Assembly: GCA_021792975.1 (NCBI GenBank)
Contig: JAJYTR010000002.1
Coordinates: 29,703 to 93,702, forward strand
Length of the DNA: 64,000 nt
Direction: 5' to 3'
Source: Pseudomonadota bacterium
Lineage (GTDB): Bacteria > Pseudomonadota > Gammaproteobacteria > Xanthomonadales > Rhodanobacteraceae
A program made the position numbers and the translations under genes. This document shows, piece by piece, positions 18,392-29,595 of this stretch (position 1 is the stretch's first letter; each line of letters begins with the position of its first letter). The notes under the pieces were generated by a model, which was not told the origin of the DNA, ran no database searches, and worked only from the letters and a program-made list of their open reading frames with translations.

Positions 18392-18874
18392 TCAGCGCAG
18401 CGGCTGCACCATCTTGATGAGATCGGTCTGGTAGCCGGCGCGCTCGTACAGGGCGCGCGCGCGCGCGTTGCCCGGGAACACGTTGAGGGTCAGTGCGGCG
18501 GCGCCGTGCTCGCGCGCCCAGGCGGCGGCATAGTCCAGCAGCGCGCGGCCGATGCCCTGGCCTTCGCGCGCGGCGAGAATGGCCAGGTCGGAAACGTGCA
18601 CGGTGGCCTTGCCGCTGAGCATGTCGTTGCCTTTCAGCAGGTGCAGGAAGGCCGCCGGCTCGCCGTCGGCGTCCTCGGCGATGAACATGTAGCTGCCCGG
18701 CGGCTCGTCGCGCAGATGCCGCCGCAGATCGGCGCGCAGGTGGGCGAGCGCCTCGCCGCGCTTGCGCCAGGGCGGTAGATCGAAGGCCAGCAGCCGTTCG
18801 GCCAGGCCGAGGATGAAGCCTTCGTCGCCGGCTTCGGCCAGACGGAAATGCAGCTCCGGGGCGTTCTCGCTCAT
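18392..18874 (-). CDS. GNAT N-acetyltransferase
   Basis: REGQGIGRALL acetyl-CoA motif; N.RARALYERAGY. Confidence 0.88.
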   Translation of the reverse strand: MSENAPELHFRLAEAGDEGFILGLAERLLAFDLPPWRKRGEALAHLRADLRRHLRDEPPGSYMFIAEDADGEPAAFLHLLKGNDMLSGKATVHVSDLAILAAREGQGIGRALLDYAAAWAREHGAAALTLNVFPGNARARALYERAGYQTDLIKMVQPLR

Positions 18875-18972
18875 GGCAGTGCTGTCGGGTGGCGGCAGTC
18901 TGTCGTGGCCGTCTTTTTAGCCCAAAGCCGCGCGTGCCGGAAAGGCCCGGTGTGCCGGGCCCGGCGCCCGGG

Positions 18973-20763
18973 TCAGCCGAACAGCGCCTCCGGCAGGTCC
19001 ATCAGGCTGGCGGCGCCGGCGCGCAGCATGGCCGCATGCGCCGCGGCGCGCGGCAGGATGCGCTGGAAATAGAAGCGCGCGGTCAGCCGCTTGGCCTGCC
19101 TGAAGTCGGCGCTGCGCGGGCCCGCTTCGGCGGCGGCCACGCTGCACGCCCAGCACCAGGCCAGCGTGACATAGCCGCTGTAGTACAGGTAATCCACCGC
19201 GGCGGCGCCCAGTTCCTCGGGGTTGCCGGCGGCGGCCACGCCGACGCGCTGGGTGATCTCGCCCCACTGCTGCGCCAGCCCGGCGAGCGGACCGACGAAC
19301 TCGGCCAGCGCGGCATCACCGGCATGCTGCCGGCAGAACGCACCGATGCGTTCCAGGAACACTTGCAGCCCGGCGCCCTGCAGCTGGAACACCTTGCGCC
19401 CCAGCAGGTCGAGCGCCTGGATCTGCGTGGTGCCTTCGTAGATGGTGGTGATGCGCGCGTCGCGCGCGAACTGCTCCAGGCCCCACTCGGCGATGTAGCC
19501 ATGCCCGCCCAGCACCTGCATGGCGTGGTAGGTGCATTCGTTGGCCAGCTCGGTCAGCATGCCCTTGCAGATGGGGATCAGGAACGACAGCTCCTGTTCG
19601 GCGTGTTCGCGCACGGCGGCATCGTCGCTGCGCAGATGGGTGTCGCCCAGCAGCGCGGCGTGCAGCACCAGCACGCGGCCGGCTTCGGCGATCGCCTTCT
19701 GCGTCAGCAGCATGCGGCGCACGTCGGGGTGCACGATGATCGGATCGGCCGGCTGGTGCGGAAACTTGGGGCCCGACAGCGCGCGCATCTGCAGGCGTTC
19801 GCGCGCGTAGGCTAGGCTGTTCTGGTAGGCGCGCTCGATCAGCCCCAGGCCCTGGATGCCCACCGCCAGGCGCGCCGCGTTCATCATGGTGAACATGGCC
19901 ATCAGGCCCTTGTGTGGCTGGCCGACCAGGTAGCCCTCGGCGCCGTCGAAGTTCATCACGCAGGTGGTCGAGCCCTTGATGCCCATCTTGTGCTCGATCG
20001 AGCCGCAGGCCACGCCGTTGCGCGCACCGACCGTGCCGTCGCGGGCGACCTTGAACTTCGGCACCACGAACATCGAAATGCCTCTGGTGCCGGCCGGGGC
20101 GTCGGGCAGGCGCGCCAGCACCAGGTGCACGATGTTCTCGCTGAGGTCGTGCTCGCCGCCGGTGATGAAGATCTTGGTGCCGCTGATGCGGTAGCTGCCG
20201 TCGGCGGCCGGTTCGGCGCGCGTCTTCAGCAGACCGAGGTCGGTGCCGCAGTGCGGCTCGGTCAGGCACATGGTGCCGGTCCAGCGGCCGGCGACGATAG
20301 GCTTGAGGAACACCTCGCGCTGCCATTCCTCGCCGTGCTGCAGCAATGCTTCGGTGGCGCCGGACGAGAGCAGCGGGTAATTGCTCCAGGCCAGGTTGGC
20401 CGAATCCAGCATTTCCTTGACCAGCGCCCCCACCGTTTCGGGCAGGTCCTGGCCGCCGTAGCGTTCCGGCGCGGTCAGGCCGGGCCAGCCGCCGGCGACG
20501 AACTGGTCGTTGGCCTCCTTGAAGCCCTTGGGCGTGGTGACGCTGGCGGTGGCCTGGTCGTAGCGGCAGCCTTCGGCGTCGCCGTCCTGGTTGAGCGGGG
20601 CCAGCACCTGCTCGCACAGGCGCGCGGCCTCCTCCAGCACGGCATCGATGACTTCACGGCCCAGCGCTTCGCCGCGCGGCAGCGCCCGCAGCCGGCGCTC
20701 GCCGTCCAGCACATCGTAGAGCGCGAAGCGCATGTCCTCGAGCGGGGCGGCGTAACGGGTCAT
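18973..20763 (-). CDS. Acyl-CoA dehydrogenase
   Basis: [54 protein letters not shown]. Confidence 0.95.
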   Translation of the reverse strand: MTRYAAPLEDMRFALYDVLDGERRLRALPRGEALGREVIDAVLEEAARLCEQVLAPLNQDGDAEGCRYDQATASVTTPKGFKEANDQFVAGGWPGLTAPERYGGQDLPETVGALVKEMLDSANLAWSNYPLLSSGATEALLQHGEEWQREVFLKPIVAGRWTGTMCLTEPHCGTDLGLLKTRAEPAADGSYRISGTKIFITGGEHDLSENIVHLVLARLPDAPAGTRGISMFVVPKFKVARDGTVGARNGVACGSIEHKMGIKGSTTCVMNFDGAEGYLVGQPHKGLMAMFTMMNAARLAVGIQGLGLIERAYQNSLAYARERLQMRALSGPKFPHQPADPIIVHPDVRRMLLTQKAIAEAGRVLVLHAALLGDTHLRSDDAAVREHAEQELSFLIPICKGMLTELANECTYHAMQVLGGHGYIAEWGLEQFARDARITTIYEGTTQIQALDLLGRKVFQLQGAGLQVFLERIGAFCRQHAGDAALAEFVGPLAGLAQQWGEITQRVGVAAAGNPEELGAAAVDYLYYSGYVTLAWCWACSVAAAEAGPRSADFRQAKRLTARFYFQRILPRAAAHAAMLRAGAASLMDLPEALFG

Positions 20764-20788
20764 GGGTGGGGATTCTCGCGGTGGGAGG

Positions 20789-21244
20789 TCAGCGCCAGGC
20801 GCCGGGCAGGCCGGGCACGGGGGAGAGGTAGCCGTGGTGCGCGATGCGGAAGCGGCGCTGGTCGCCGGCGGTGGGCCCTGCCTGCACGCTGCCGGCCAGG
20901 CTGTAGGCGATGTTGCCGCTGCGGTCGGCGGCCAGGGCCGCGCGGGCCGATGCGCCGGGGACGAGGGTCAGCTCGACCACATCCGAGCTGGTTTCGGCGA
21001 TGTCCAGATCGATCGGCTTCTGCAGGCGTCCGGCCGGCTGCGCACCCACGGTCAGCGCCAGGTCCACGGCGCTGAAGCGCAGGCTGCGCAGGGCGTAGTT
21101 CTGCAGGCGCAGGATGACGCGCCAGCGGCCATCGGGCAGGGCACGGATCTCCTGCACCGATGCCGCCGGCGGAAACACCGGGCGGGTCGGTGCGCAGGCG
21201 GCCAGCAGCAGCACGCCGGCCAGCAGCAGGAGCACACGTCTCAT
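20789..21244 (-). CDS. Lipoprotein, LEA type 2-like
   Basis: Lipobox LAAC; PPAASVQE..LRLQNY; C-terminal LSPVPGLPG. Confidence 0.75.
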   Translation of the reverse strand: MRRVLLLLAGVLLLAACAPTRPVFPPAASVQEIRALPDGRWRVILRLQNYALRSLRFSAVDLALTVGAQPAGRLQKPIDLDIAETSSDVVELTLVPGASARAALAADRSGNIAYSLAGSVQAGPTAGDQRRFRIAHHGYLSPVPGLPGAWR

Positions 21245-21252
21245 GCGGAACC

Positions 21253-21268
21253 TCGAACGAACGTTTGA
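21253..21268. promoter_or_regulatory. PsrA-like operator upstream of the lipoprotein/acyl-CoA dehydrogenase genes
   Basis: TCGAACGAACGTTTGA, one mismatch to TCAAACG-N2-CGTTTGA. Confidence 0.5.
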
Positions 21269-21417
21269 ATCATACTGCGGAGTATGGTGGCGCCCGCAAG
21301 CCGTCGCGCGGGCAGGCGCGGGCCTTTCCTTTGCCCCGGTGATGGTTACAATAACGGGCTTTTCCACGCCGCAAGCCCGATCCCGGGACACGGTGCCAAT
21401 CGGGAGTGTCGTCATCC

Positions 21418-21669
21418 ATGGTCAAGATCCGTCTGACGCGCGGCGGCGCCAAGGGCCGTCCGTTCTATCACGTGGTGGTGACCGATTCGCGCAACAAGCG
21501 CGACGGCCGCAGCATCGAGCGCGTGGGGTTCTTCAACCCCATGGCCACCGGCGGCGAGCAGCGCCTGCAGCTGGATGTCGCCAAGGTGCAGGGCTGGGTG
21601 GCCAAGGGCGCGCAGCTGTCGGAGAAGGTGCGCGTGCTGGTCAAGGAAGCATCGCGCAGCGCCGCCTGA
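21418..21669 (+). CDS. rpsP: 30S ribosomal protein S16
   Basis: [37 protein letters not shown]. Confidence 0.97.
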   Translation: MVKIRLTRGGAKGRPFYHVVVTDSRNKRDGRSIERVGFFNPMATGGEQRLQLDVAKVQGWVAKGAQLSEKVRVLVKEASRSAA

Positions 21670-21679
21670 GGCGATCCGT

Positions 21680-22189
21680 TTGGATGCGGCGCGCTGGGTG
21701 ACGGTGGGCCGCCTGGTCGGACTGCACGGCGTGCGCGGCGGGCTGAAGCTGCGGTCCTTCACCGAACCTGCCGAACACATCTTCGCGTACGCGCCCTGGC
21801 GGGTGGTGCTCGCGGAGCGCCGCCTCGACCTGTCGCAGGCGCCGCGGCGCACGCCGGGTCGCGCCCTGCTGGCGCAGTTGCCTGGCATCGAGGACCGCGA
21901 GGCTGCCGCGGGCTGGATCGGCGCCGAGATCCGGGTGCCGCGCGCGGCGCTGCCGGAGCTGCCGCAGGGGCAGTGGTACTGGGCCGATCTCGAGGGTCTG
22001 GAAGTGATCAACCTCGAGCGCGTTGCGCTGGGGCGCGTCAGCCACGTGCTGGCCACCGGCGCCAACGATGTGCTGGTGGTGCGGGACGGTGCGCGCGAGC
22101 GGCTGCTGCCGTTCGTGCCCGGGCAGTGGGTGCGCGAGGTGGATCTCGCCGGCGGCCGCATCGTGGTGGACTGGGATCCCGGATTCTGA
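21680..22189 (+). CDS. rimM: Ribosome maturation factor RimM
   Basis: VGRLVGLHGVRG.LK..SFT, YWADLEGL, TGANDVLVV, VDWDPGF; TTG start inferred. Confidence 0.92.
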   Translation: MDAARWVTVGRLVGLHGVRGGLKLRSFTEPAEHIFAYAPWRVVLAERRLDLSQAPRRTPGRALLAQLPGIEDREAAAGWIGAEIRVPRAALPELPQGQWYWADLEGLEVINLERVALGRVSHVLATGANDVLVVRDGARERLLPFVPGQWVREVDLAGGRIVVDWDPGF

Positions 22190-22204
22190 GCGCGGGGCGG
22201 AAAC

Positions 22205-22954
22205 ATGCGGATCGACATCGTCACGCTGTTTCCCGAGTTCATGCAGCAGTGCGCGGCGGTGGGCGTGGTCGGTCGCGCCCAGGCGCGCGGACTGCTCGAG
22301 GTGGCCACCTGGAACCCGCGCGATTTCACCTCCGACCCCTACCGCCGCGTCGACGAGCGCCCCTACGGCGGCGGCCCGGGCATGGTGATGCTGATCGATC
22401 CGCTGCGTGATGCCATTGCTGCCGCGCGGGCCGCGGCGCAGCCGCCTGCGCGCGTGGTGTACCTCAGCCCGCAGGGCACGCGCCTGACCCAGGACCACGT
22501 GGCGCGGCTGGCCGCGCTGCCGCGCCTGCTGCTGCTGTGCGGGCGCTACGAAGGGGTGGACGAGCGCCTGCTGGCGCATGCCGTGGACGAGGAGATTTCG
22601 CTGGGCGATTTCGTGCTTTCCGGCGGCGAGCTGGCCGCCGCCGCGCTGCTCGACGCGGTGGGGCGGCTGCAGCCGGGTGCGCTGAACAGCCTGGAGTCGG
22701 CGGCGCAGGATTCCTTCGCCGCCGGCCTGCTGGACTGCCCGCACTACACCCGTCCCGAACGCCATGTGCTGGGCGAGGTTCCCGCCGTGCTGCTGTCCGG
22801 CGACCACGCCGCCATCCGCCGCTGGCGGCTGAAGCAGGCGCTGGGCCGCACCTGGCAGCGGCGCCCCGACCTGCTGCAGGGGCGGGTGCTGAGCGCCGAG
22901 GAGCGCGCCCTGCTCGAGGAATATGGCCGCGAACTGCGGGACGGGCTACACTAA
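22205..22954 (+). CDS. trmD: tRNA (guanine-N1)-methyltransferase
   Basis: [41 protein letters not shown]. Confidence 0.97.
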   Translation: MRIDIVTLFPEFMQQCAAVGVVGRAQARGLLEVATWNPRDFTSDPYRRVDERPYGGGPGMVMLIDPLRDAIAAARAAAQPPARVVYLSPQGTRLTQDHVARLAALPRLLLLCGRYEGVDERLLAHAVDEEISLGDFVLSGGELAAAALLDAVGRLQPGALNSLESAAQDSFAAGLLDCPHYTRPERHVLGEVPAVLLSGDHAAIRRWRLKQALGRTWQRRPDLLQGRVLSAEERALLEEYGRELRDGLH

Positions 22955-23005
22955 ACGGCTGCGCGATGCCTGCGACGGCTGCGCCACACCCACCGGAATC
23001 CCGTC

Positions 23006-23362
23006 ATGAACAAGATCGTCGAGCAGTTCGAGAAGAGCCAGATGACGCGCGCCCTGCCGGGATTCGCCCCGGGCGATACCGTGGTGGTCAACGTCAAGGT
23101 GAAGGAAGGCAATCGCGAGCGCGTGCAGGCGTTCGAGGGCATCGTGATCGCCAAGCGCAACCGCGGGCTGCATTCGGCGTTCACCGTGCGCAAGATCTCG
23201 CACGGCACCGGCGTGGAGCGCGTGTTCCAGGCGCACAGCCCGGCCATCGAGTCGGTGCAGGTCAAGCGGCGCGGCAAGGTGCGCGGCGCCAAGCTGTACT
23301 TCCTGCGCGAGCTGGAAGGCAAGGCCGCGCGCATCAAGGAAGACGTCGCCGCGCGCGACTGA
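23006..23362 (+). CDS. rplS: 50S ribosomal protein L19
   Basis: [47 protein letters not shown]. Confidence 0.97.
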   Translation: MNKIVEQFEKSQMTRALPGFAPGDTVVVNVKVKEGNRERVQAFEGIVIAKRNRGLHSAFTVRKISHGTGVERVFQAHSPAIESVQVKRRGKVRGAKLYFLRELEGKAARIKEDVAARD

Positions 23363-23405
23363 ACCCGCGTGCCGGGCGCACGCTTCCCGCCACAGCACCG
23401 CAGAG

Positions 23406-23436
23406 AGGCCCGCACGCCGTGTGGGCCTTCGCGTTT
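23406..23436 (+). terminator. Putative terminator of the rpsP-rplS operon
   Basis: Stem AGGCCCGCAC/GTGTGGGCCT followed by TCGCGTTT, between convergent genes. Confidence 0.55.
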
Positions 23437-23499
23437 CCGGGTCCGCAACGACTGCCGCGCCCCGCGGGCCGTGCGTCCCCGCCGGCCGCCGCGCCGCAT

Positions 23500-25539
23500 T
23501 CAGACTTCCAGGCGTTCGGGTTCGTGCTGGAAGTTGCCCTGCACGTAGCCGATGCCGGCACCGAACAGCAGCGAGACGCTGCTGACGTCCTCCACCCATT
23601 CGGCCACCGTCTGCTTGCCGCGTGCCTGCGCCTGCTGCGCCAGTTCGCGCACGCGCTTCTGGTTTTCGGCGTTGCGCGCCAGGTCGTTGACGAAGCTGCG
23701 GTCGATCTTCAGGAACTCGGCATCGACGTGGTCGAGCAACTGGAACGAGTTCAGTCCGACGCCGAACCGCTCCAGCGCCACGCGGCAGCCCAGCTCGCGC
23801 AACTGCTGCGCGAAGCGCTTCGCCGGCTTCAGGTTGGTGACCACTTCGTTTTCCTGGAACTCGATGATCAGGCGCCCGCCGGCCACACCGCTCTCGCGCA
23901 GCTTCTCGCCCATCCACTCGGCCAGCTTCGCGTCGAGCATGCTGGGCGTGGAGAGCTTGACGAAGAACGACTGTTCCGAGAATCCCGGCGAGGCCAGCAG
24001 GCGGATCGCTTCGCGCAGTACCCAGCGGTCGATGGCCGGCAGCAGTCCGTGACGCGCCGCCACCGGCATGAACACGCCCGGCAGCACCAGGCCCTGCGCG
24101 CCGTCCATGCGCAGCAGCAGTTCGCTGAGCGCACCCTCGCTGCCGTTGAGGGCGATGACCTGCTGGTGGTAGAGCACGAAGCGTCCGTGCGCCAGCGCGT
24201 CGCGCAGCAGGTTGTGCCAGCGCTGGTCCTTTTCGGCGATGGCACGCTCCTGGGCGGCCGGATCGTGCAGTGCGAAGCGGTTGCCGCCCTCGCCCTGTGC
24301 GTTGCGCAGCATGTTGCCCGCCTGGTCGAGCACGGCGGCGGTGTTGGCGTTCTTCTCGCCCATCAGGCTGCCGCCGATGCTGATGGTGACCGCCAGCGAA
24401 TGGCTGCCCAGGTCGAGGATGGCGCCGCTCACGGCCTGCGCCAGCGCGCTGCACAGCACCTGTACCGATTCGTGCGGGCGCGCGCGCAGCAGCAGCGCGA
24501 AGGCATGGTCGGAGAAACGCGCGGCGGCGTCGTTGAGCCCCAGCGCGCCGCGCAGGCGGTCGACCAGCGCGCACAGCAGGGCGTCGACATTGCTGACGCC
24601 GATACGCTCGACCACGCTGTTGAAGTGATCCGGCTCGACCAGCAGCACCGCCTGGTCGTTGCGGCCGCGGCCGGCCTCGGTGACCGCTTCGCCCAGCAGG
24701 TCGATGAAATGGCTGCGGTTGAACAGGCCGGTGACCGGATCGCGCTGCAGCTGCTCGATCAGCCCCTCGTCCGCCTGCTCGCGGCGCGCCACGATCTGCA
24801 GGCAGGGTTCGCCCTCGAAGGCGGCCTGCGAGAACTCCAGGAGCGCTTCGAAGACGCTGCCATCGGCCCGCTTGAGGTGCGCCTCCAGCCGCGCCGGCGG
24901 CGGTTCGCCGCGGGCCAGCCGCTTGAGCAGGCCGCGGAAATCCTCGGCGTCATGGTTGGCCACCAGATCCAGCAGGGTCTGGCCCTCGATCTCGTCGAAC
25001 GACTCGAAACCCAGCATGTCCAGGTAGGCCTGGTTGGCGCGCACGTGCATGCCTTCATGCACGTAGGCGATGGGATCGCGCGAGGAATCCAGCAGCGCGT
25101 CGCAGCGCCGGTTCGCCTCGCGCAGCGCCGCTTCCAGCCGGCGCACCGCGCGGCGCGCGCCCAGCGCCTCGAATTCCTGCAGCACGGCGCCGCGCAGATG
25201 CTCGCTGTTGCCGGCCAGCGCCACACCGCGCGCGCCGGCCAGGGCGGCCTGCACCAGCGCCGCGGCGTCGACGTGCTCGAGCAGCGCCAGCAGGGCGATG
25301 TCGCGCGCGCTGGCGCCGATCAGCCGCGCCACCTCGGCGAGGGACAGATCGCGCGCGGCGGGCGCGGCCAGCACCAGATCCGGCCCCAGACTGTCGAGCG
25401 CGGCCAGGAACTCGGCTTCGTTGGCGGCGCGCGCCGGGCGCACCGCGATGCCGCTGTTGCGCAGATGGCTGATGATGCGTTCGGCCAGCTCGAGCTGGTC
25501 GGTGACGAAAAGGATCTTGATGACGGTGTCCTGCTTCAT
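23500..25539 (-). CDS. fimX: FimX-like REC-PAS-GGDEF(degenerate)-EAL(degenerate) c-di-GMP receptor
   Basis: LRNSGIAVRP N-terminus; LLDSSRDPIAYVHEGMHVRAN PAS; GGDEF replaced by SDHAF; ELLLRM and ERFG in place of EAL and DDFG. Confidence 0.82.
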   Translation of the reverse strand: MKQDTVIKILFVTDQLELAERIISHLRNSGIAVRPARAANEAEFLAALDSLGPDLVLAAPAARDLSLAEVARLIGASARDIALLALLEHVDAAALVQAALAGARGVALAGNSEHLRGAVLQEFEALGARRAVRRLEAALREANRRCDALLDSSRDPIAYVHEGMHVRANQAYLDMLGFESFDEIEGQTLLDLVANHDAEDFRGLLKRLARGEPPPARLEAHLKRADGSVFEALLEFSQAAFEGEPCLQIVARREQADEGLIEQLQRDPVTGLFNRSHFIDLLGEAVTEAGRGRNDQAVLLVEPDHFNSVVERIGVSNVDALLCALVDRLRGALGLNDAAARFSDHAFALLLRARPHESVQVLCSALAQAVSGAILDLGSHSLAVTISIGGSLMGEKNANTAAVLDQAGNMLRNAQGEGGNRFALHDPAAQERAIAEKDQRWHNLLRDALAHGRFVLYHQQVIALNGSEGALSELLLRMDGAQGLVLPGVFMPVAARHGLLPAIDRWVLREAIRLLASPGFSEQSFFVKLSTPSMLDAKLAEWMGEKLRESGVAGGRLIIEFQENEVVTNLKPAKRFAQQLRELGCRVALERFGVGLNSFQLLDHVDAEFLKIDRSFVNDLARNAENQKRVRELAQQAQARGKQTVAEWVEDVSSVSLLFGAGIGYVQGNFQHEPERLEV

Positions 25540-25656
25540 GCGCGCGTCGGTCCTACGGGGTGCCCGGCGGCCGGCCGCGGGCGTCTGCGCTTTTACAGCA
25601 AGCCCCGCGGCATTGCCACGCCGGCCGCGCGGCGGAAACGGAACGTGACATGCGCC

Positions 25657-26661
25657 TCACGCCGGTACCAGGGGCGTCTTTGCCGGTGCGCCGGCTTCTT
25701 CGCGTACCAGGCGCGGCACCAGATAGCCGGGCAGCCGTCGGCGCAGTTCGGCGTGCAGGGCGAGCGCGGTGTCGTCGTCCACCTCGAAATGCAGCGTGCC
25801 CCGCACGCGGTCAAGCTGGTGCAGGTAGTAAGGCAGCACACCGAGATCGAACAGCCGCGCGCCGAGCGCGGCCAGCGTGCCGGCGTCGTCGTTGACGCCC
25901 TTCAGCAGCACGGCCTGGTTGAGCAGCCGCACGCCGGCATGCCGCAGCCGCGCGCAGGCGGCGGCGACGCTGTCGTCCAGTTCGCGCGGATGGTTGGCGT
26001 GCAGCACCAGTGCGACAGGCCAGGGCAGGCCGGACAGCCACCGGCACAGCTCCGCGTCGACGCGCTCGGGCAGCACCACCGGCAGGCGAGTATGGATGCG
26101 CAGACGGCGCAGTTGCGGGAAGTCGCGCAGTGCCTCGTCCAGTTCGGCCAGCTTGGCCGTGGCCAGGGACAGCGGGTCGCCGCCGGAAAGGATCAGCTCG
26201 TCGATCTCCGGGTGCGCGCGCAGCCACGCCAGTGCCGCCTGCCAGCGACCCGCGGCGGCGGTCTCGTCGGCGTAGGGAAAGTGCCGGCGGAAGCAGTACC
26301 GGCAATGCACCGCGCAGGCGCCGCTGGCGATCAGCAGCGCGCGGCCGCGATATTTGTGGATCACCCCGGGAGCGGCGCGCGCCGCGGCGTCGCCCACCGC
26401 ATCGCGCGCGGCGGCGGGGTCCGCGCATTCGGCCAGTTGCGGCAGCACCTGCAGCAGCAGCGGATCGCGGGCGTCGCCCCTGCGCATGCGCGCCACGAAT
26501 CCGCGCGGCACGCGCAGCGGGAAACCGGCGTCCGCCTGCGGCAGATGCGGCGCCAGGTGGGCGAGGTCCAGCAGCTGCAGCAGTTCGCCGGCATCGGTGA
26601 TGGCCTCGCGCCACAACGCCTGCCAGCGCGGCTGCGGCTCGGCGGCGCTTGCCGCTATCAT
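25657..26661 (-). CDS. epmB: EF-P beta-lysylation protein (lysine 2,3-aminomutase)
   Basis: HKY.GRALL, CAVHCRYCFRRHFPY radical-SAM motif, ILSGGDPL; divergent from efp. Confidence 0.95.
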   Translation of the reverse strand: MIAASAAEPQPRWQALWREAITDAGELLQLLDLAHLAPHLPQADAGFPLRVPRGFVARMRRGDARDPLLLQVLPQLAECADPAAARDAVGDAAARAAPGVIHKYRGRALLIASGACAVHCRYCFRRHFPYADETAAAGRWQAALAWLRAHPEIDELILSGGDPLSLATAKLAELDEALRDFPQLRRLRIHTRLPVVLPERVDAELCRWLSGLPWPVALVLHANHPRELDDSVAAACARLRHAGVRLLNQAVLLKGVNDDAGTLAALGARLFDLGVLPYYLHQLDRVRGTLHFEVDDDTALALHAELRRRLPGYLVPRLVREEAGAPAKTPLVPA

Positions 26662-26748
26662 GGATGGTTCCGGTCGTCGGACTGATCCGGCGTTCTGGCC
26701 CCATTCTACCTTTGGCCGCCCGCCGCGGCCGCACGCTCCGGAGCATCC

Positions 26749-27315
26749 ATGGCGACCTATGGCCTCAACGACGTCAAGAACGGCCTGAAGATCATCCTCG
26801 ATGGCGAGCCGTACACCATCGTCGAGGCCGAGTTCATCAAGCCGGGCAAGGGCCAGGCGTTCACCCGCATCCGCATCCGCAACCTGCGCAGCGGCCGCGT
26901 CACCGAGAAGACCCTCAAGGCCAACGAATCCGTCGAAGGCGCCGACGTGGTCGATACCGACATGCAGTACCTCTACAGCGACGGCGAGTTCTGGCACTTC
27001 ATGCAGCCGGACACCTTCGAGCAGCACACTGCCGACAAGGCCCAGGTGGGCGATGCCGCGCAGTGGCTGAAGGGCGAGGAGACCTGCATCGTCACCCTGT
27101 GGAACGGCGCGCCGCTGGTGGTGACGCCGCCCAACTTCGTCGAGCTGAAGGTGGTCGAGACCGATCCCGGGCTGCGCGGCGACACCTCCGGCGGCGGCGG
27201 CAAGCCGGCCAAGCTGGAGACCGGCGCAGTGGTGCGCGTGCCGCTGTTCGTCAACCAGGACGAGATCATCCGCGTCGATACACGCTCCGGCGAGTACGTG
27301 GGCCGCGTGAAGTGA
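26749..27315 (+). CDS. efp: Elongation factor P
   Basis: KPGKGQAF (modified Lys), [28 protein letters not shown]. Confidence 0.97.
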   Translation: MATYGLNDVKNGLKIILDGEPYTIVEAEFIKPGKGQAFTRIRIRNLRSGRVTEKTLKANESVEGADVVDTDMQYLYSDGEFWHFMQPDTFEQHTADKAQVGDAAQWLKGEETCIVTLWNGAPLVVTPPNFVELKVVETDPGLRGDTSGGGGKPAKLETGAVVRVPLFVNQDEIIRVDTRSGEYVGRVK

Positions 27316-27320
27316 CGCGT

Positions 27321-27521
27321 CGGCGCGCGAACGCAGTTCGCGCCTTGGCCGGCGCGTCATCCCCGCGCAAGCGGGGATCCAGTGGGACGCGGCGCGCGAA
27401 CGCGCATCGCGCCTTGGCCGGCGCGTCCGTCTTGCAAAGGACTCGCCTGGATCCCGGATCGACGCCGCGCGCCGCCCGGGATGACGGGAACGAGACATGC
27501 CGTGCGCCGCCCGGGATGACG
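27321..27521. repeat. REP-doublet of the same family plus 38-bp direct repeat
   Basis: Doublet at 27355-27486, extra CCCGGGATGACG at 27510; 38-bp direct repeat at 27321-27358 and 27390-27427. Confidence 0.85.
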
Positions 27522-27544
27522 CCGCTGCCGTGGGTGCCTTCGCC

Positions 27545-28873
27545 GTGAACGCGGCGGCTGCCCCCATCGACCTGCTGCTCTGTGCGCGCTGGGTGGTGCC
27601 GGTGGTGCCGCACGGCGCGGTGCTGCAGGACCATGCCGTGGCCGTGCATGGCGGCGCCATCGTGGCGTTGCTGCCGCAGGCGGATGCGCTGGCGCGCTTC
27701 GTGCCGGCGCAGCGGGTGGACCTGGGCGAACACGTGCTGCTGCCCGGGCTGGTCAACGCACACACGCACAACCCGATGACGCTGCTGCGCGGGCTGGCCG
27801 ACGACCTGCCGCTGATGACCTGGCTGCGCGAGCACATCTGGCCGGTGGAGGCGCGGGTGATCGGCCCCGAGTTCGTGCGCGACGGCATCGAACTGGCCAT
27901 CGCCGAGATGCTGCGCGGCGGCACCACCTGCGCCAACGAGAACTATTATTTCCCGGACGTGGCCGCGGCCACCTACCGTGCCCAGGGCTTCCGTGCCGTG
28001 GTGGGCCTGCCGGTGATCGAATTTCCCAGCGCCTGGGCGCGCGACGCCGACGAGTACTTCACGCGCGCATGCGAGGTGGCCGACGCGCTGCGAGGCGATG
28101 GACTGGTGGGTGCGGCTTTCGCGCCGCACGCGCCCTACACGGTCAGCGATGCCAGCTTCGCGCGCGTGCGCATGCTCGCCGACCAGCTCGATCTGCCGGT
28201 ACACCTGCACCTGCACGAAACCGCGCAGGAAATCGGTGACTCGCTGCGCGATCATGGTGTGCGCCCGCTGGCGCGGCTGGCCGGCATGGGCCTGCTCAAC
28301 GACCGTCTGATCGCGGTGCACATGACCCAGCTCACCGAGGCCGAGATCGCGCAGTGCGCGCAGGCCGGCGCGTCGGTGGTGCACTGCCCCGAGTCCAACC
28401 TCAAGCTGGCCTCCGGCTTCTGCCCGGCCGAAGCGCTGCGGCGCGCCGGTGTGAACCTGGCCCTGGGCACCGACGGCTGCGCCAGCAACAACGACCTGGA
28501 CATGTTCGGCGAGATGCGTACCGCGGCGCTGCTGGCCAAGGCGGTGGCGCAGGACGCCAGTGCCCTGGATGCGGCCAGCGCGCTGCATGCCGCCACGCTG
28601 GGCGGCGCGCGCGCCCTGGGACTGGACGCGCGGATCGGCTCGATCGAGCCGGGCAAGCGCGCCGATCTCGTCGCCGTGCGCATGGACAGCGTGGAAACGC
28701 AGCCGCTGTACAACCTGGTTTCGCAACTGGTGTACGCCACCCCGCGCGGGCAAGTGAGCGAGGTCTGGATCGACGGCCGCGCGCTGCTGCGCGAGGGCCG
28801 GTTCACGGTGCTCGACCACACCGCCGTGCTGCAGCGTGCGCGGCAGTGGCGGCAGCGCATCGCGTCGTTGTGA
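27545..28873 (+). CDS. mtaD: TRZ/ATZ family amidohydrolase (MTA/SAH deaminase-like)
   Basis: [43 protein letters not shown]; GTG start chosen downstream of the repeat. Confidence 0.88.
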   Translation: MNAAAAPIDLLLCARWVVPVVPHGAVLQDHAVAVHGGAIVALLPQADALARFVPAQRVDLGEHVLLPGLVNAHTHNPMTLLRGLADDLPLMTWLREHIWPVEARVIGPEFVRDGIELAIAEMLRGGTTCANENYYFPDVAAATYRAQGFRAVVGLPVIEFPSAWARDADEYFTRACEVADALRGDGLVGAAFAPHAPYTVSDASFARVRMLADQLDLPVHLHLHETAQEIGDSLRDHGVRPLARLAGMGLLNDRLIAVHMTQLTEAEIAQCAQAGASVVHCPESNLKLASGFCPAEALRRAGVNLALGTDGCASNNDLDMFGEMRTAALLAKAVAQDASALDAASALHAATLGGARALGLDARIGSIEPGKRADLVAVRMDSVETQPLYNLVSQLVYATPRGQVSEVWIDGRALLREGRFTVLDHTAVLQRARQWRQRIASL

Positions 28874-28884
28874 GGGGCAGTGCC

Positions 28885-29595
28885 ATGGGTGAACCGCAGA
28901 ACCACGCCGATCCCGCCGAGCTGCGGAAGTTCGCCGCGCTCGCGGCGCGCTGGTGGGATGCCGCCGGCGAAACCCGCCCGCTGCACGACCTCAATCCGGT
29001 GCGCGTGCAATGGATCGCGCAGCAGGTGCCGCTGCGCGGCGCGCGCGTGCTGGACGCCGGCTGCGGCGGCGGCCTGCTGTCCGAAGCGCTGGCGGCGCGC
29101 GGCGCGCGCGTCACCGGCATCGACCTGGCGCCGGAACTGATCGAGGTGGCGAGGCTGCACCTGCACGAGTCGTCGCTGGCAGTGGACTACCGGGTGCAGA
29201 GCGCCGCGGAGCTCGCCCGCGGCGAGCCGGCGGCCTTCGATGCCGTGTGCTGCATGGAGCTGCTCGAACACGTGCCCGAGCCGGCGGCGCTGGTGCGGGC
29301 GCTGGCCGAGGCGCTGCGTCCCGGCGGCGCGCTGGTTCTCTCCACGCTCAATCGCACGCCGCAGGCATTCGCCGGCGCCATCCTCGGCGCCGAATATCTG
29401 TTGCGCCTGCTGCCGCGCGGGACGCATCGCTACGCGCGCTTCATCCGTCCCAGCGAACTGGCCGCGCTGCTGCGCGCCGCCGGTCTGCAACTGGCCGCGC
29501 TGGCCGGCATCGGCTACGAGCCTTTCACCCGGCGTGCCTGGATCGGCACGCGGGTGGACATCAACTATCTGGCGCTGGCGCGCAAGCCGGAATGA
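28885..29595 (+). CDS. ubiG: Ubiquinone biosynthesis O-methyltransferase
   Basis: [47 protein letters not shown]. Confidence 0.95.
   Translation: MGEPQNHADPAELRKFAALAARWWDAAGETRPLHDLNPVRVQWIAQQVPLRGARVLDAGCGGGLLSEALAARGARVTGIDLAPELIEVARLHLHESSLAVDYRVQSAAELARGEPAAFDAVCCMELLEHVPEPAALVRALAEALRPGGALVLSTLNRTPQAFAGAILGAEYLLRLLPRGTHRYARFIRPSELAALLRAAGLQLAALAGIGYEPFTRRAWIGTRVDINYLALARKPE

Noticed and set aside
23500-25539. Active diguanylate cyclase/phosphodiesterase or pseudogene
   Set aside because: Degenerate GGDEF/EAL motifs are normal for FimX; reading frame intact
22537-26685. Very long alternative-frame ORFs (1382 aa here; also 34229-37534, 40574-43888 and others)
   Set aside because: Antisense or off-frame shadows of well-supported genes in high-GC DNA
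27497-27544. ATG 27497 as mtaD start (repeat inserted in protein)
   Set aside because: Lies within the REP cluster; in-frame GTG at 27545 gives a more typical length, though not provable
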